IMG/VR virus record: IMGVR_UViG_3300021389_000035 | Location: 1-51,714 of that record | Source of the DNA: a virus | DNA length: 51,714 bases | Direction: 5' to 3' (one strand) | Shown: positions 41,712 through 50,633 of the stretch, piece after piece | Layout: the number at the start of each line of letters is the position of its first letter | Position numbering within the stretch: position 1 is the first letter of the stretch | Translations under genes and position numbers: made by a program | The notes under the pieces: model-generated | What the model saw: the letters and a program-made list of their open reading frames with translations, nothing else | Told to the model about the DNA's origin: nothing | Database searches by the model: none

Positions 41712-42846
41712 GATACTGTGTATCGACTATGGGTTGTGTAACTTTCACAATCTTATTTCTCTTGTCGAAGATGGTCATAAAGTTTATGTCCTAACATCCG
41801 AAAAATACGAACTGTGCCCCACGACTTTATATAAAGAGTTGGGTATTCATATATTGGACATTGACCGGAAAAGTGTTTTAGATAATTTCATAGAATCCGA
41901 GTCTATAGATTTGATGATATCGACAGATCCTACTATCGACATGATCAATTCATATCAACACAAATTAAAGTATATCGGACTGACTCCACGATCCTCTAGG
42001 TTAGAAACCCATAAATGGATGACCAGATGTGAAGTTAAGAAGTTAGGAATAAAAGTCCCTGAGATACTTCCTCGACCCATTGCTCCCTGTGTCATAAAAC
42101 CAATAGTCACCAAAAAGGGATTTGACCGAGTTAACATATGTCTGACCGAAAAAGATTTTGGAATCTTCGATGATAATACATTCTATGTTGAAGAGTATCT
42201 TACCGATACCATAGAGACTAATGTTGATTATATAATGTCTCAAGGTAAATGGTCTATACTACATGCCCAACAAAAGATCGGAGAAGACCTCGGAAAGATG
42301 TCGAACCAATTGATACACTGGACTTGTACTTCCAGTTTCAAGAGCCTTCCCGTTGAGCTCAACGATATGGTATTGGATAATGCAAAGAAGTATCTGGACT
42401 GGGCATCCGCACAATGCAGTAGATCCTCGTACATTGGACAACTGACCGGTTTCATTAAAGATGGGGAGTGGTACTTCTGTGAGAATAATGTCAGACCTTC
42501 ACAGACCAATAGTGTACCCTATTTCGTATCGGGAGATGAATGGTTGATGGCCATGCATGGTCACCCTGAGATAATAGGTGAATCCTTTCCGGTAGATGTT
42601 AATAAGATGATCGTGATGCCAATGGAACCAGACTCACCATACCCTTTCGATCTACACCTAAAACATAATGTTGCGATACCCTGCGGACTCGATATAGTCG
42701 ATGATGAGTATCGTGTATCTTTGATGATGAGAGGAAAATCTACTGACAATAGGATTGGGTTGTTGATATGTGATGATAATATCCCCCAAGGATTTGTCGA
42801 TGATTTCCGCACCGATGGTAATTTTTCCATTACTACATTCATATAA
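41704..42846 (+). CDS. ATP-grasp-like enzyme (PurD-like arrangement)
   Basis: 380 aa. LETHKWMTRCEVKKLGIKVPEILPRPIAPCVIKPIVTKKGFDRVNICLTEKDF parallels LE.SK.F.K.....GIPTA......P.VIKADGLA.GKGV in ATP-grasp ligases. Motif-level call only. Confidence 0.45.
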   Translation: MSKILCIDYGLCNFHNLISLVEDGHKVYVLTSEKYELCPTTLYKELGIHILDIDRKSVLDNFIESESIDLMISTDPTIDMINSYQHKLKYIGLTPRSSRLETHKWMTRCEVKKLGIKVPEILPRPIAPCVIKPIVTKKGFDRVNICLTEKDFGIFDDNTFYVEEYLTDTIETNVDYIMSQGKWSILHAQQKIGEDLGKMSNQLIHWTCTSSFKSLPVELNDMVLDNAKKYLDWASAQCSRSSYIGQLTGFIKDGEWYFCENNVRPSQTNSVPYFVSGDEWLMAMHGHPEIIGESFPVDVNKMIVMPMEPDSPYPFDLHLKHNVAIPCGLDIVDDEYRVSLMMRGKSTDNRIGLLICDDNIPQGFVDDFRTDGNFSITTFI

Positions 42847-42884
42847 TGAATGGTGACTATTCGTGAAATGGATGACGATAGTTG

Positions 42885-42913
42885 TTGACTTCTTGTTTTG
42901 GTTATGAGATAAT
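42885..42913 (+). promoter_or_regulatory. early promoter-leader cassette F (TTGACT-N17-GATAAT, leader AAATTGAGTTGAGAGGG)
   Basis: Closely alignable with cassettes A and B. Confidence 0.6.
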
Positions 42914-42945
42914 GGCTGTACAAATTGAGTTGAGAGGGTTTTATT

Positions 42946-43068
42946 ATGCAGATTACATACAAAGGTTATTGCGCTCTGGGTGGCGCATCTAATCCAAGAC
43001 TTTACTCACGAGCTGTGTATTTGGGTAAACACTATATGCACACCTCTTATTACTTGATGGGTTATTAA
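42946..43068 (+). CDS. possible small protein (40 aa, Tyr/Gly-rich)
   Basis: ATG at the standard distance from the cassette leader. Ends 3 nt before the next ATG. Translated by hand. Confidence 0.3.
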   Translation: MQITYKGYCALGGASNPRLYSRAVYLGKHYMHTSYYLMGY

Positions 43069-43071
43069 ACC

Positions 43072-43692
43072 ATGAGAATTGCTGACTCTACTCTTTATGA
43101 GATGTATCTTGAAAAACATAAGAGAGCACAGAACAAAGGTGCACGTGTTCCTTACCACACGTTCTCTTACAAAACTAGAGATTCTGAACGTCAAAAGACT
43201 TACAATGCAGAACACTTGTTTCAAAGACAAATCGAGAATCCCACGTTCGAGACTCTAGAAGAAGTTCAGGAATTCTCACGTAAAATCTACAAGTCTAAGA
43301 CTTGGATCAAGTTATGGACAAAATCGGTCGAAGAAGACTTTTCTCGTGTCCTCAATTCACAACCAGAAGTAGTACAGATGAACTCCCGTACTAAGAAATT
43401 ATCGGGTTTCACTGATGGTTCTAGTGTAACCCTATGTCCTATCAATGGTTTCAACAAGTACGTTCTACTGCACGAACTTGCTCACACTCTGGGTCATATG
43501 CACCACGGCCGTTCGTTCCGTCAATGTCTCCTGAGTCTGGTCGGTACCTTTATGGGTGCTGATGAGAAGAAGATTCTGAAGAACGAATTTAAAAGAAAAG
43601 GTCTTGCATTCGGAAACGCTAAAAAACCAATGACTTTCGAGAATTGGGTATCACGTAAACAACGTCTGGAAAATATGAGGAAAAAACTATAA
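43072..43692 (+). CDS. HExxH metallohydrolase-like protein
   Basis: 206 aa. YVLLHELAHTLGHMHHGRSF (HExxH plus an additional His). Confidence 0.5.
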   Translation: MRIADSTLYEMYLEKHKRAQNKGARVPYHTFSYKTRDSERQKTYNAEHLFQRQIENPTFETLEEVQEFSRKIYKSKTWIKLWTKSVEEDFSRVLNSQPEVVQMNSRTKKLSGFTDGSSVTLCPINGFNKYVLLHELAHTLGHMHHGRSFRQCLLSLVGTFMGADEKKILKNEFKRKGLAFGNAKKPMTFENWVSRKQRLENMRKKL

Positions 43693-43877
43693 TGTCAATT
43701 GATTATATGAAAACGGTACCGTTTATTGTTGTAATATTAATAAGTTTCGTAATAGGTTCGGTGTTTGGTTCTACTTCCGTACAGAGTTCTTGGCGACTCG
43801 ATGCAGCTGCAACCGAATGTGCACAGTTTAATCCGTCCAATGGACACTTTGAATGGTTGACAAATGAAGAAAAATAA
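43692..43877 (+). CDS. small membrane protein
   Basis: 61 aa. One TM helix (VPFIVVILISFVIGSVFG). TAATG overlap. Confidence 0.45.
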   Translation: MSIDYMKTVPFIVVILISFVIGSVFGSTSVQSSWRLDAAATECAQFNPSNGHFEWLTNEEK

Positions 43878-44124
43878 TGTAAAATGGTATAACCAAAACA
43901 GTATAGACTGGTACGTAAAATGGTGTGCTACCATAATCATTCTAGTCTCTGTTGTTTTTCGTAATGCTGGCTTTGAATACCGCATGTTTGATTTGACTTT
44001 CGGTGTAATGGGCACGATACTATGGTTATGGGTAAGTGTGTTATGGAAAGATAGAGCACTCATAATATTGAACGCGGTTATGTTTATGTTACTTGCATCC
44101 GCACTACTAAAGGAAATTAATTAA
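43864..44124 (+). CDS. small three-TM membrane protein
   Basis: 86 aa with three hydrophobic segments. No family assigned. Confidence 0.5.
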   Translation: MKKNNVKWYNQNSIDWYVKWCATIIILVSVVFRNAGFEYRMFDLTFGVMGTILWLWVSVLWKDRALIILNAVMFMLLASALLKEIN

Positions 44125-44840
44125 TGTTTGAACATGTACCGGTCGAATTGACTGAGATGGAAGCAGTGACCACTGATAGTGGTCGTAAATACAAAACCCC
44201 CGAAGGTGTCAACCTTCCCTCTATCACTACAGTCCTTTCGATTCTGTCACGTGACAGTATTGCCAAGTGGCGTAAACGTGTAGGTGAGGCAGAGGCGAAT
44301 CGTGTCTCTTATCGTGCGTCTACTCGTGGTACTGCGGTTCACGAAATCTGTGAACAGTATGTGAACAATGACCCTGATTGGGACAAGTATATGGCAATCG
44401 ACCCCGACAATGGGGAAATGAAGTTGACCAAGCGTACTCCTGACCTCATCCAATCGTTTCTTGATTTGAAACCAATACTGGACGAACGTCTGACTAAGGT
44501 CTTCGCACAAGAAGCCCCACTCTACTCTAATCATTTGGGTGTTGCGGGTCGTGTGGATTGCGTGGGTATCTTTGATGGTAAACCGTCAATCATCGATTAC
44601 AAAACTTCGATGAAACCCAAACGTCTCGATTGGATTAAGAACTACTTCATGCAAGAGGCTGCATATGCCATCATGTGGGAAGAACGTACTGGCCAACCGA
44701 TTACTCAGTTGGTTACTATAATCTCAGTAGACCAAAATGAACCTCAAGTGTTTATTGAACATCGTGACAACTGGGTTCGTCCGTTAATCGACACTATTGC
44801 ACAATATAATGAGGAAAATTCTACTTCCCTTTTTGTATAA
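44124..44840 (+). CDS. PD-(D/E)XK nuclease (RecB/Cas4-like exonuclease fold)
   Basis: 238 aa. GTAVHEICEQY and GVAGRVDCVGIF...PSIIDYKTS (D...D-Y-K core). Confidence 0.6.
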   Translation: MFEHVPVELTEMEAVTTDSGRKYKTPEGVNLPSITTVLSILSRDSIAKWRKRVGEAEANRVSYRASTRGTAVHEICEQYVNNDPDWDKYMAIDPDNGEMKLTKRTPDLIQSFLDLKPILDERLTKVFAQEAPLYSNHLGVAGRVDCVGIFDGKPSIIDYKTSMKPKRLDWIKNYFMQEAAYAIMWEERTGQPITQLVTIISVDQNEPQVFIEHRDNWVRPLIDTIAQYNEENSTSLFV

Positions 44841-44843
44841 ATA
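44836..44843 (+). promoter_or_regulatory. T4-type late promoter motif TATAAATA
   Basis: Exact TATAAATA overlapping the upstream stop, 41 nt upstream of ATG 44884. Confidence 0.45.
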
Positions 44844-44883
44844 GTGTTATAATTTGTTTATATTCACTTTTTAGGAAATAGGT

Positions 44884-46185
44884 ATGATAGGTTTTGACAC
44901 CTTTTTATCTGAGGCATCATTAACTTTCGGAGAAATTACTCGTGAGGATAGACCTGATCGAGTAGATATTTTTCTTCGCAAGTATAAAGGTAATGAACCA
45001 TTCGAATTGGTCGGTGGTGACCAAGTAGTCTTTAAGTATAATGCGGAGATTGAGAAAGCTGTTAAATCAGGAAACTCTAAACTCGCACAGTCAATTGGAC
45101 TCGAAACCCTAGATGGAACTAAACTCGCATTCGGTAAGTTATCTAAGACTGCCGAATTCGGGGGTGGTCGTGGTTCGGGTGGTGGTGCAGCCAACACTCG
45201 TGCAACTGAATCTGCACAATGTGTTTATCTGCAAGCAATCTGGGATAACCGGACAACTCAATTCGCTGCGGATGATATACGTAACGCATATCCCAAAACG
45301 CACACAGATGCGTCTCTAGAAGAAGTACTTCTGGGTGATGAAGGATGGATCTCCTCTTCCATTACTGCCGCAAAACTTCTACATAAAGCTCTAGGTAAAA
45401 AACAATACAGTTTCCATCGTGGATCTGGTTGGGTTGAGATATTAGAGAAGAAGTTTAAAGAGTTGAATCGCATCGAGAAAGCATTCGGTAATGTCAACAA
45501 ATGGTCTCCTGCGGACATCTACATGGTCGCAAAGGGTGCAGAGAACAAGTATGATATAGAAGGTGCAAAGTCTCTGGAATACCTGAACAACGAATTGATG
45601 AAGGCATACACTGCACGTGACATCATTGGTGTGTCGTTGAAAAAAGTGGTAGGTAACAAGGCCAGACTGTCTCAAGTTAACTATAAGAAACCATTCAAAG
45701 GTGCGAAGTTCACCAAGTCATCTTATGGTAAGAGAGATTTCTTCAAGTCTAAAGATGGTTACTTGTTTGGTGCCGGTGGTCTTGAGATGCAGTTCCGAAC
45801 CTTCCCCACATTCCAGTGTGAGATTATCGGTAAGGCTGCTAAACACGGTAAGGTATCTCATGGTGGTATTGATGCAGCTCTCTATGCCACAAATCGGGAT
45901 AAGACCGATAATCGTAAAGAACTTGAATCATTTATAAAGAAAGATCGGGATTCATTCCTAGATAAGTTCTATGGGTTCTATGATGGTGCAGTAAATAGTC
46001 CGGTAGACAAAGAAACCTTTAAAAAGAATCTGGAAGGTGTGACAACCGAATGGTTAGTCTCCAAGTACTATGTAACTTCTATTTTCGTAATGATAAAAGG
46101 TAGAGAACAACAATTCATGGATTATTTATTCCGTGTAGCAAAATCACAAAGTCCGTTATCTGCGGTTCACTTAAAGGTAAAATAA
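44884..46185 (+). CDS. hypothetical protein (possible PD-...-S-x-K nuclease-like motif, weak)
   Basis: 433 aa. Gly-rich loop FGGGRGSGGGAAN, plus WSPADIYMV...IIGVSLKK. No family recognised. Confidence 0.5.
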   Translation: MIGFDTFLSEASLTFGEITREDRPDRVDIFLRKYKGNEPFELVGGDQVVFKYNAEIEKAVKSGNSKLAQSIGLETLDGTKLAFGKLSKTAEFGGGRGSGGGAANTRATESAQCVYLQAIWDNRTTQFAADDIRNAYPKTHTDASLEEVLLGDEGWISSSITAAKLLHKALGKKQYSFHRGSGWVEILEKKFKELNRIEKAFGNVNKWSPADIYMVAKGAENKYDIEGAKSLEYLNNELMKAYTARDIIGVSLKKVVGNKARLSQVNYKKPFKGAKFTKSSYGKRDFFKSKDGYLFGAGGLEMQFRTFPTFQCEIIGKAAKHGKVSHGGIDAALYATNRDKTDNRKELESFIKKDRDSFLDKFYGFYDGAVNSPVDKETFKKNLEGVTTEWLVSKYYVTSIFVMIKGREQQFMDYLFRVAKSQSPLSAVHLKVK

Positions 46186-46186
46186 A

Positions 46187-46906
46187 ATGGCAATATCACG
46201 ATATATGGAGGGAGACAACGGCATCAATATTGCTCGTGGTCTTGTTCTCGATACAACATACGAACATAAATTTGGTGCGGTACTTTCAATGTCAGTCTCT
46301 GAGACCGGAACTGTTTGGGATGTCGATGATGCCCTATACCCTTGGTCTGCATTTGATACTGCCGGAGTTTTGACTATCCCCGCAGTGAATGTTTCGGACA
46401 ATGGTGGAACGGTAACTGTGACTGGTTTAGATGCGAACTACGATGTGATAAGTGAAGAGTTCGTAGTATCCAGTTCAGGAACAACCACCGGCACCAAAAC
46501 ATTCAAACGTGTGGTTCGTGCATTCTTTACTGATGGTACATCTAACGTTGGTGATATAACTATTCAACGTGGTGGTACGACTATCGCATTGATCAGAGCA
46601 GGTCAGGCACAAACACTCATGGCGATATTTACTGTCCCTGAAGGACACACTGCATATATGTCTAAAATCAGTATGAGTATCGAGGCCGGTGGTGATGCGA
46701 GTGGTAACATGTATTCTAGAATTCCTGCCCAAACATCATTTCGTATTAAACATACCTTCGAGATCGGAGATGGTGGTCATTACCTATATGACTTCACGGT
46801 TCCATTGAAATTCGATGCAAGGACAGATATTGATGTTAGATGTAGTATGCGAACTAACAATTCTCGTGCTTCTGCTGCGTTCGACATGATTCTAATTAAG
46901 GATTAA
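46187..46906 (+). CDS. hypothetical beta-rich protein
   Basis: 239-aa ORF starting 1 nt after the upstream stop. No motif recognised. Confidence 0.5.
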   Translation: MAISRYMEGDNGINIARGLVLDTTYEHKFGAVLSMSVSETGTVWDVDDALYPWSAFDTAGVLTIPAVNVSDNGGTVTVTGLDANYDVISEEFVVSSSGTTTGTKTFKRVVRAFFTDGTSNVGDITIQRGGTTIALIRAGQAQTLMAIFTVPEGHTAYMSKISMSIEAGGDASGNMYSRIPAQTSFRIKHTFEIGDGGHYLYDFTVPLKFDARTDIDVRCSMRTNNSRASAAFDMILIKD

Positions 46907-46907
46907 T

Positions 46908-48125
46908 ATGAAATTTGTAGATTTTATAACCGAATCCAAGAACACCCATATGACGCATATCGAAGATAAAGTCATCTATGGTGGTGTTAATGGTACACGT
47001 CAAGCAATATTTGCATTACGTGAATTGCGTGATATGCTTGCGGGTAAAGGTACTGCGGGACTGTCCACTAAGTGGGATGGTGCACCTGCTATCTTCTGCG
47101 GTCAAGATCCTACGGATGGTAAGTTCTTTGTGGCGAAGAAAGGTATCTTCAACAAGAACCCCAAGGTCTACAAAACCGATGCAGATGTTGAAGCAGATAC
47201 TTCTGGTGACCTCGCAGAGAAACTCAAAGATGCATTGAAGTATCTACCTGAACTTGGTATCAAAGGAGTCATCCAAGGGGACTTCCTATTTGGTCGAGGT
47301 GATCTGGGTAAGAAGAAAATTGATGGTGTGCAGTATACTACATTCCATCCCAATACTATCGTATATGCAATACCATTCGAACAGTCGAAGGAAGTACGTG
47401 CTGCAAAAATCGGTATAGTGTGGCACACTACATATAAGGGTAAAACATTTGAAACGATGACTGCATCCTTCGGAGTAGATGTTTCCAAACTTAAAAAATC
47501 TAAAAACGTATGGTCACAAGATGCAATGTTGCGATCTGTAGATGCAACAATGACCGAAAAAGAAACGGAGCAAGTAAATGAATATCTTTCAAAAGCTGGT
47601 AAACTTTTTAACCAGATCAGCGGAACAACCCTCAGAACCCTTGAAGGAAACCCCGTCCTCGCCGGAACAATCGAAACCTTCAACAACACCTACGTCCGAA
47701 AAGGTCAAACGCCCGGCGACTCGAAAAAGCACGCCCAAGCCCTCATCAAGTACATCCAAGACAAGTACCAAAAAGAAATCGACAAACGCAAAACCGAGAA
47801 AGGCAAGAGCGCCCAAGTCGAAAAGCGAGACGAAATCTTAAAGTTTTTCTCTCCGAAGAATCTAGAATCTCTAGAAAAGATGTTCGATTTGCAGAAAATG
47901 ATTGTACTTGCGAAACTAAAACTTATAAATAAACTTAATAGTTTAAAGAAAATTGACACATTCGTTCAAACCAAAACGGGTTACAAAGTAACTGGTGAAG
48001 AAGGTTATGTAGCAATTGACAAACTTGGTGGTGACGCAGTGAAACTTGTTGATCGTATGGAATTTTCATACAACAACTTTTCACCCGATATATTAAAGGG
48101 CTGGGACAAACCTAGTCGTAATTAA
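46908..48125 (+). CDS. ATP-dependent RNA/DNA ligase-like nucleotidyltransferase
   Basis: 405 aa. LSTKWDGAPAIF (motif I KxDG). GEEGYVAIDKLGGDAVKLVD resembles motifs IV/V of recalled T4 Rnl1 (IEGYVAVMKDGSHFKIK). Confidence 0.5.
   Translation: MKFVDFITESKNTHMTHIEDKVIYGGVNGTRQAIFALRELRDMLAGKGTAGLSTKWDGAPAIFCGQDPTDGKFFVAKKGIFNKNPKVYKTDADVEADTSGDLAEKLKDALKYLPELGIKGVIQGDFLFGRGDLGKKKIDGVQYTTFHPNTIVYAIPFEQSKEVRAAKIGIVWHTTYKGKTFETMTASFGVDVSKLKKSKNVWSQDAMLRSVDATMTEKETEQVNEYLSKAGKLFNQISGTTLRTLEGNPVLAGTIETFNNTYVRKGQTPGDSKKHAQALIKYIQDKYQKEIDKRKTEKGKSAQVEKRDEILKFFSPKNLESLEKMFDLQKMIVLAKLKLINKLNSLKKIDTFVQTKTGYKVTGEEGYVAIDKLGGDAVKLVDRMEFSYNNFSPDILKGWDKPSRN
47611..47837 (+). other. T-depleted, A/C-rich segment inside the ligase-like gene
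   Basis: 21 T in 227 nt by hand count. Only 2 of about 76 in-frame codons end in T. All reading frames on both strands are open here. Confidence 0.8.
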
Positions 48126-48149
48126 TGGGATAAACCAGAGGAAAACAAA

Positions 48150-48617
48150 GTGGCAAAGAAACCGCTTAGATTCAAAGATTTTACATCTGTAGATTACACT
48201 CAGTCGGGTGATGATCAACTTGCGCACAATGCTAAGAAACGCAAGAAAGATATACCTACCGGAAATACCGGAGAAGAAGTAGAGAACGAAGCACTAGACA
48301 TGACCCAACGTCTTGCACGTGGTCGCATGTTTAAAAAGAACAAGGCCAAGATTGCAATGGGTCGCAAACGTGCTCAACGTAAGATTGCCTCTATGGACAC
48401 TCTGAAGAAACGTGCACGAAAGGCTGCACGTAATATCCTACTCAAGAAACTTACCAAAGATACACCCAAAGGTGAACTCTCATTGTCACGTAGACAGGAC
48501 ATAGAGAAGAGACTCGAAAAGAAGAAACCGGTTATCGATAAGTTATCTCGTAAACTACTACCCCAAGTACGTAAAAAAGAAATGGAACGTAAGAAGGGTG
48601 GTAAAAGTGCCGATTAA
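48150..48617 (+). CDS. highly basic Lys/Arg-rich protein
   Basis: 155 aa. GTG start with AGAGGA 8 nt upstream. Confidence 0.5.
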   Translation: MAKKPLRFKDFTSVDYTQSGDDQLAHNAKKRKKDIPTGNTGEEVENEALDMTQRLARGRMFKKNKAKIAMGRKRAQRKIASMDTLKKRARKAARNILLKKLTKDTPKGELSLSRRQDIEKRLEKKKPVIDKLSRKLLPQVRKKEMERKKGGKSAD

Positions 48618-50364
48618 GAATTTTACTCAATACCTGATCGAAGAAGATCGTGAAGTTTATTTTACCTTTGGTAGAATGAATCCTCCTACTATTGGTCACG
48701 GTAAAGTGATGGATGTACTTGCCAAGAAGTCTGGTAAATCAGACTATAAAGTATATGTCTCACAATCACAGAATCCCAAGAAAGATCCCCTATCCTACAC
48801 AGATAAAGTGAAACATGTACGTAAGATGTTTCCTAAACATGCACGTCAAGTAATGTTAGATAAGGATGTCAAGTCCGTATTTGATATTGCAGTAAAACTA
48901 TACGATCAAGGTTATACTAAGATCAACATGGTTGTTGGTGCAGACCGTATACGTGAGTTCGATGTATTGTTGAATAAGTACAACGGTACAAAGGCACGTC
49001 ATGGTTTCTACAATTTCAAGAAAATCAACATTGTCTCTGCGGGTGAACGTGATCCTGATGCGACTGGTGTTGAAGGTATGTCTGCGTCTAAACAACGTGA
49101 GAATGCAGCAAAGAATGACTTCGTTACATTTGCACAAGGTGTACCGAAAGGAATGTCTGATAAAGATACACGGAAGTTGTTCAATGATGTTCGGAAAGGA
49201 ATGGGTCTCAAGGAAGAGCTTGAATTCAAGAATCACATTGAACTAGAAACTGTTTCTGAAACAAGAGAACAGTATGTTCAAGGTGAATTGTTTAAAGTAG
49301 GTGACACTGTTGTTATCAAAGAAAGCGATGAAATAGGAACTGTATCTGTATTGGGTGCTAACTATGTTATCGTGGAAACAGATAACGGTAAGTTGCGCAA
49401 ATGGTTAGATGCTGTAGAACTACTAGAGAAACAAGACTCAGATATCAAAGATCGTAAAGGTACACAACCTGCACGTTATCACTCGGGACTGAAGAAGTCC
49501 ACCAAAGTTGCACGTGATGCACACTTCAAGAAACACGGTAAGAAAGCAGACGATGATGACTCTGCATACAAACCCGCTCCAGGCGATGCAACAGCAAAGA
49601 CCAAACCTTCTAAGTACACCAAACAGTTCAAAGACATGTATGAAGAAGTATCTCAGAAAGAACTCAATGACCTTGAAAAGTTTGCTGACCGACTACTGAA
49701 CAAGTTTGATGTGGATATCGAATTTACTCGTCACTTCAAAGACCGTATGAATGACAAACGAAACAAACCTGCTATTAGTGTTGACGAGTTAGAACGTCTG
49801 TTCAAGAAGATGGCTGATAACAAGGGTAAGAAGATCAAGAAGTATGGTAACAAGGAAGCAATCCTGAAGGATATGCAGTCTGACCTGAACCTACCTGTAG
49901 TTATCAACTGGAAGAACGGCGAGTTCGAAGTTGTTAACAAAACAATTATGCGTAAGAAAGCATTCAAGTCACCTGATCCCGAACTGAAGTATGAGTCTGT
50001 CGAAGAAGATATGACTCCTCGTTGGATGAAGGATATGATCGGGTCTAAACTCAGTCCTAAAAAATACCAACATGCACTGGATGTTCTTAGTAAGATCATT
50101 GACCGTAAGAAGAAAGAAACCGGTGGTAACCTTAGACACGGTGTTGTTTATTATGCTGGTCAGGTTGCAAAACAGTATGACGGTGTTGATGCTAGGAATC
50201 TCGCTAAAGCATATGAGAAGAGTGTTAAAGAAGCGACTGATCCTGTAGATGCTGCCTCTCAGAAGATTGAACGTGAGAAAGAGACTGATAAGAAGAAACA
50301 CGACCGTATTCTAGACCGTGCAAGACTCGCTCGCGCAAGACAAAAGAATAGGCAAACTAAATGA
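48598..50364 (+). CDS. HxGH nucleotidyltransferase (cytidylyltransferase-superfamily) domain fused to a long Lys-rich region
   Basis: 588 aa. FTFGRMNPPTIGHGKV (GRxxPxHxGH-like) and MSASKQRE (ISxTxxR-like) lie in the first 200 aa. GTG start at 48598, or alternatively 48607. Confidence 0.5.
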   Translation: MVKVPIKNFTQYLIEEDREVYFTFGRMNPPTIGHGKVMDVLAKKSGKSDYKVYVSQSQNPKKDPLSYTDKVKHVRKMFPKHARQVMLDKDVKSVFDIAVKLYDQGYTKINMVVGADRIREFDVLLNKYNGTKARHGFYNFKKINIVSAGERDPDATGVEGMSASKQRENAAKNDFVTFAQGVPKGMSDKDTRKLFNDVRKGMGLKEELEFKNHIELETVSETREQYVQGELFKVGDTVVIKESDEIGTVSVLGANYVIVETDNGKLRKWLDAVELLEKQDSDIKDRKGTQPARYHSGLKKSTKVARDAHFKKHGKKADDDDSAYKPAPGDATAKTKPSKYTKQFKDMYEEVSQKELNDLEKFADRLLNKFDVDIEFTRHFKDRMNDKRNKPAISVDELERLFKKMADNKGKKIKKYGNKEAILKDMQSDLNLPVVINWKNGEFEVVNKTIMRKKAFKSPDPELKYESVEEDMTPRWMKDMIGSKLSPKKYQHALDVLSKIIDRKKKETGGNLRHGVVYYAGQVAKQYDGVDARNLAKAYEKSVKEATDPVDAASQKIEREKETDKKKHDRILDRARLARARQKNRQTK

Positions 50365-50633
50365 TTAATTTTAAAAAATACCTTGCCGAAGGGCGGTATT
50401 CAGTGTATGATACACTTGACGTTAAAGAAGGATCGGATGGCATTGCAGCTAAGTCAAAGAAGTCTGGTATCTCGGTAGATACACTGAAGAAAGTATATAA
50501 CCGTGGTGTTGCTGCATGGAAGACGGGTCACCGTCCCGGCACTACCCCGCAACAATGGGGACACGCAAGAGTCAATGCGTTCATCGTCAAAAAGAAGAAA
50601 GGCAATTTAAACCACGATAAGGATCTTGCATAA
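50361..50633 (+). CDS. hypothetical protein
   Basis: 90 aa. YNRGVAAWKTGHRPGTTPQQWGHARVNAF. ATGA overlap. Confidence 0.5.
   Translation: MINFKKYLAEGRYSVYDTLDVKEGSDGIAAKSKKSGISVDTLKKVYNRGVAAWKTGHRPGTTPQQWGHARVNAFIVKKKKGNLNHDKDLA

Noticed and set aside
32948-42945. CRISPR-like reading of the recurring cassettes and of the 24-bp tandem repeats
   Set aside because: The cassette copies are 270 nt to several kb apart, contain promoter hexamers and are separated by ORFs. The 24-bp units are contiguous (no spacers) and in frame within a CDS. No cas genes are present.
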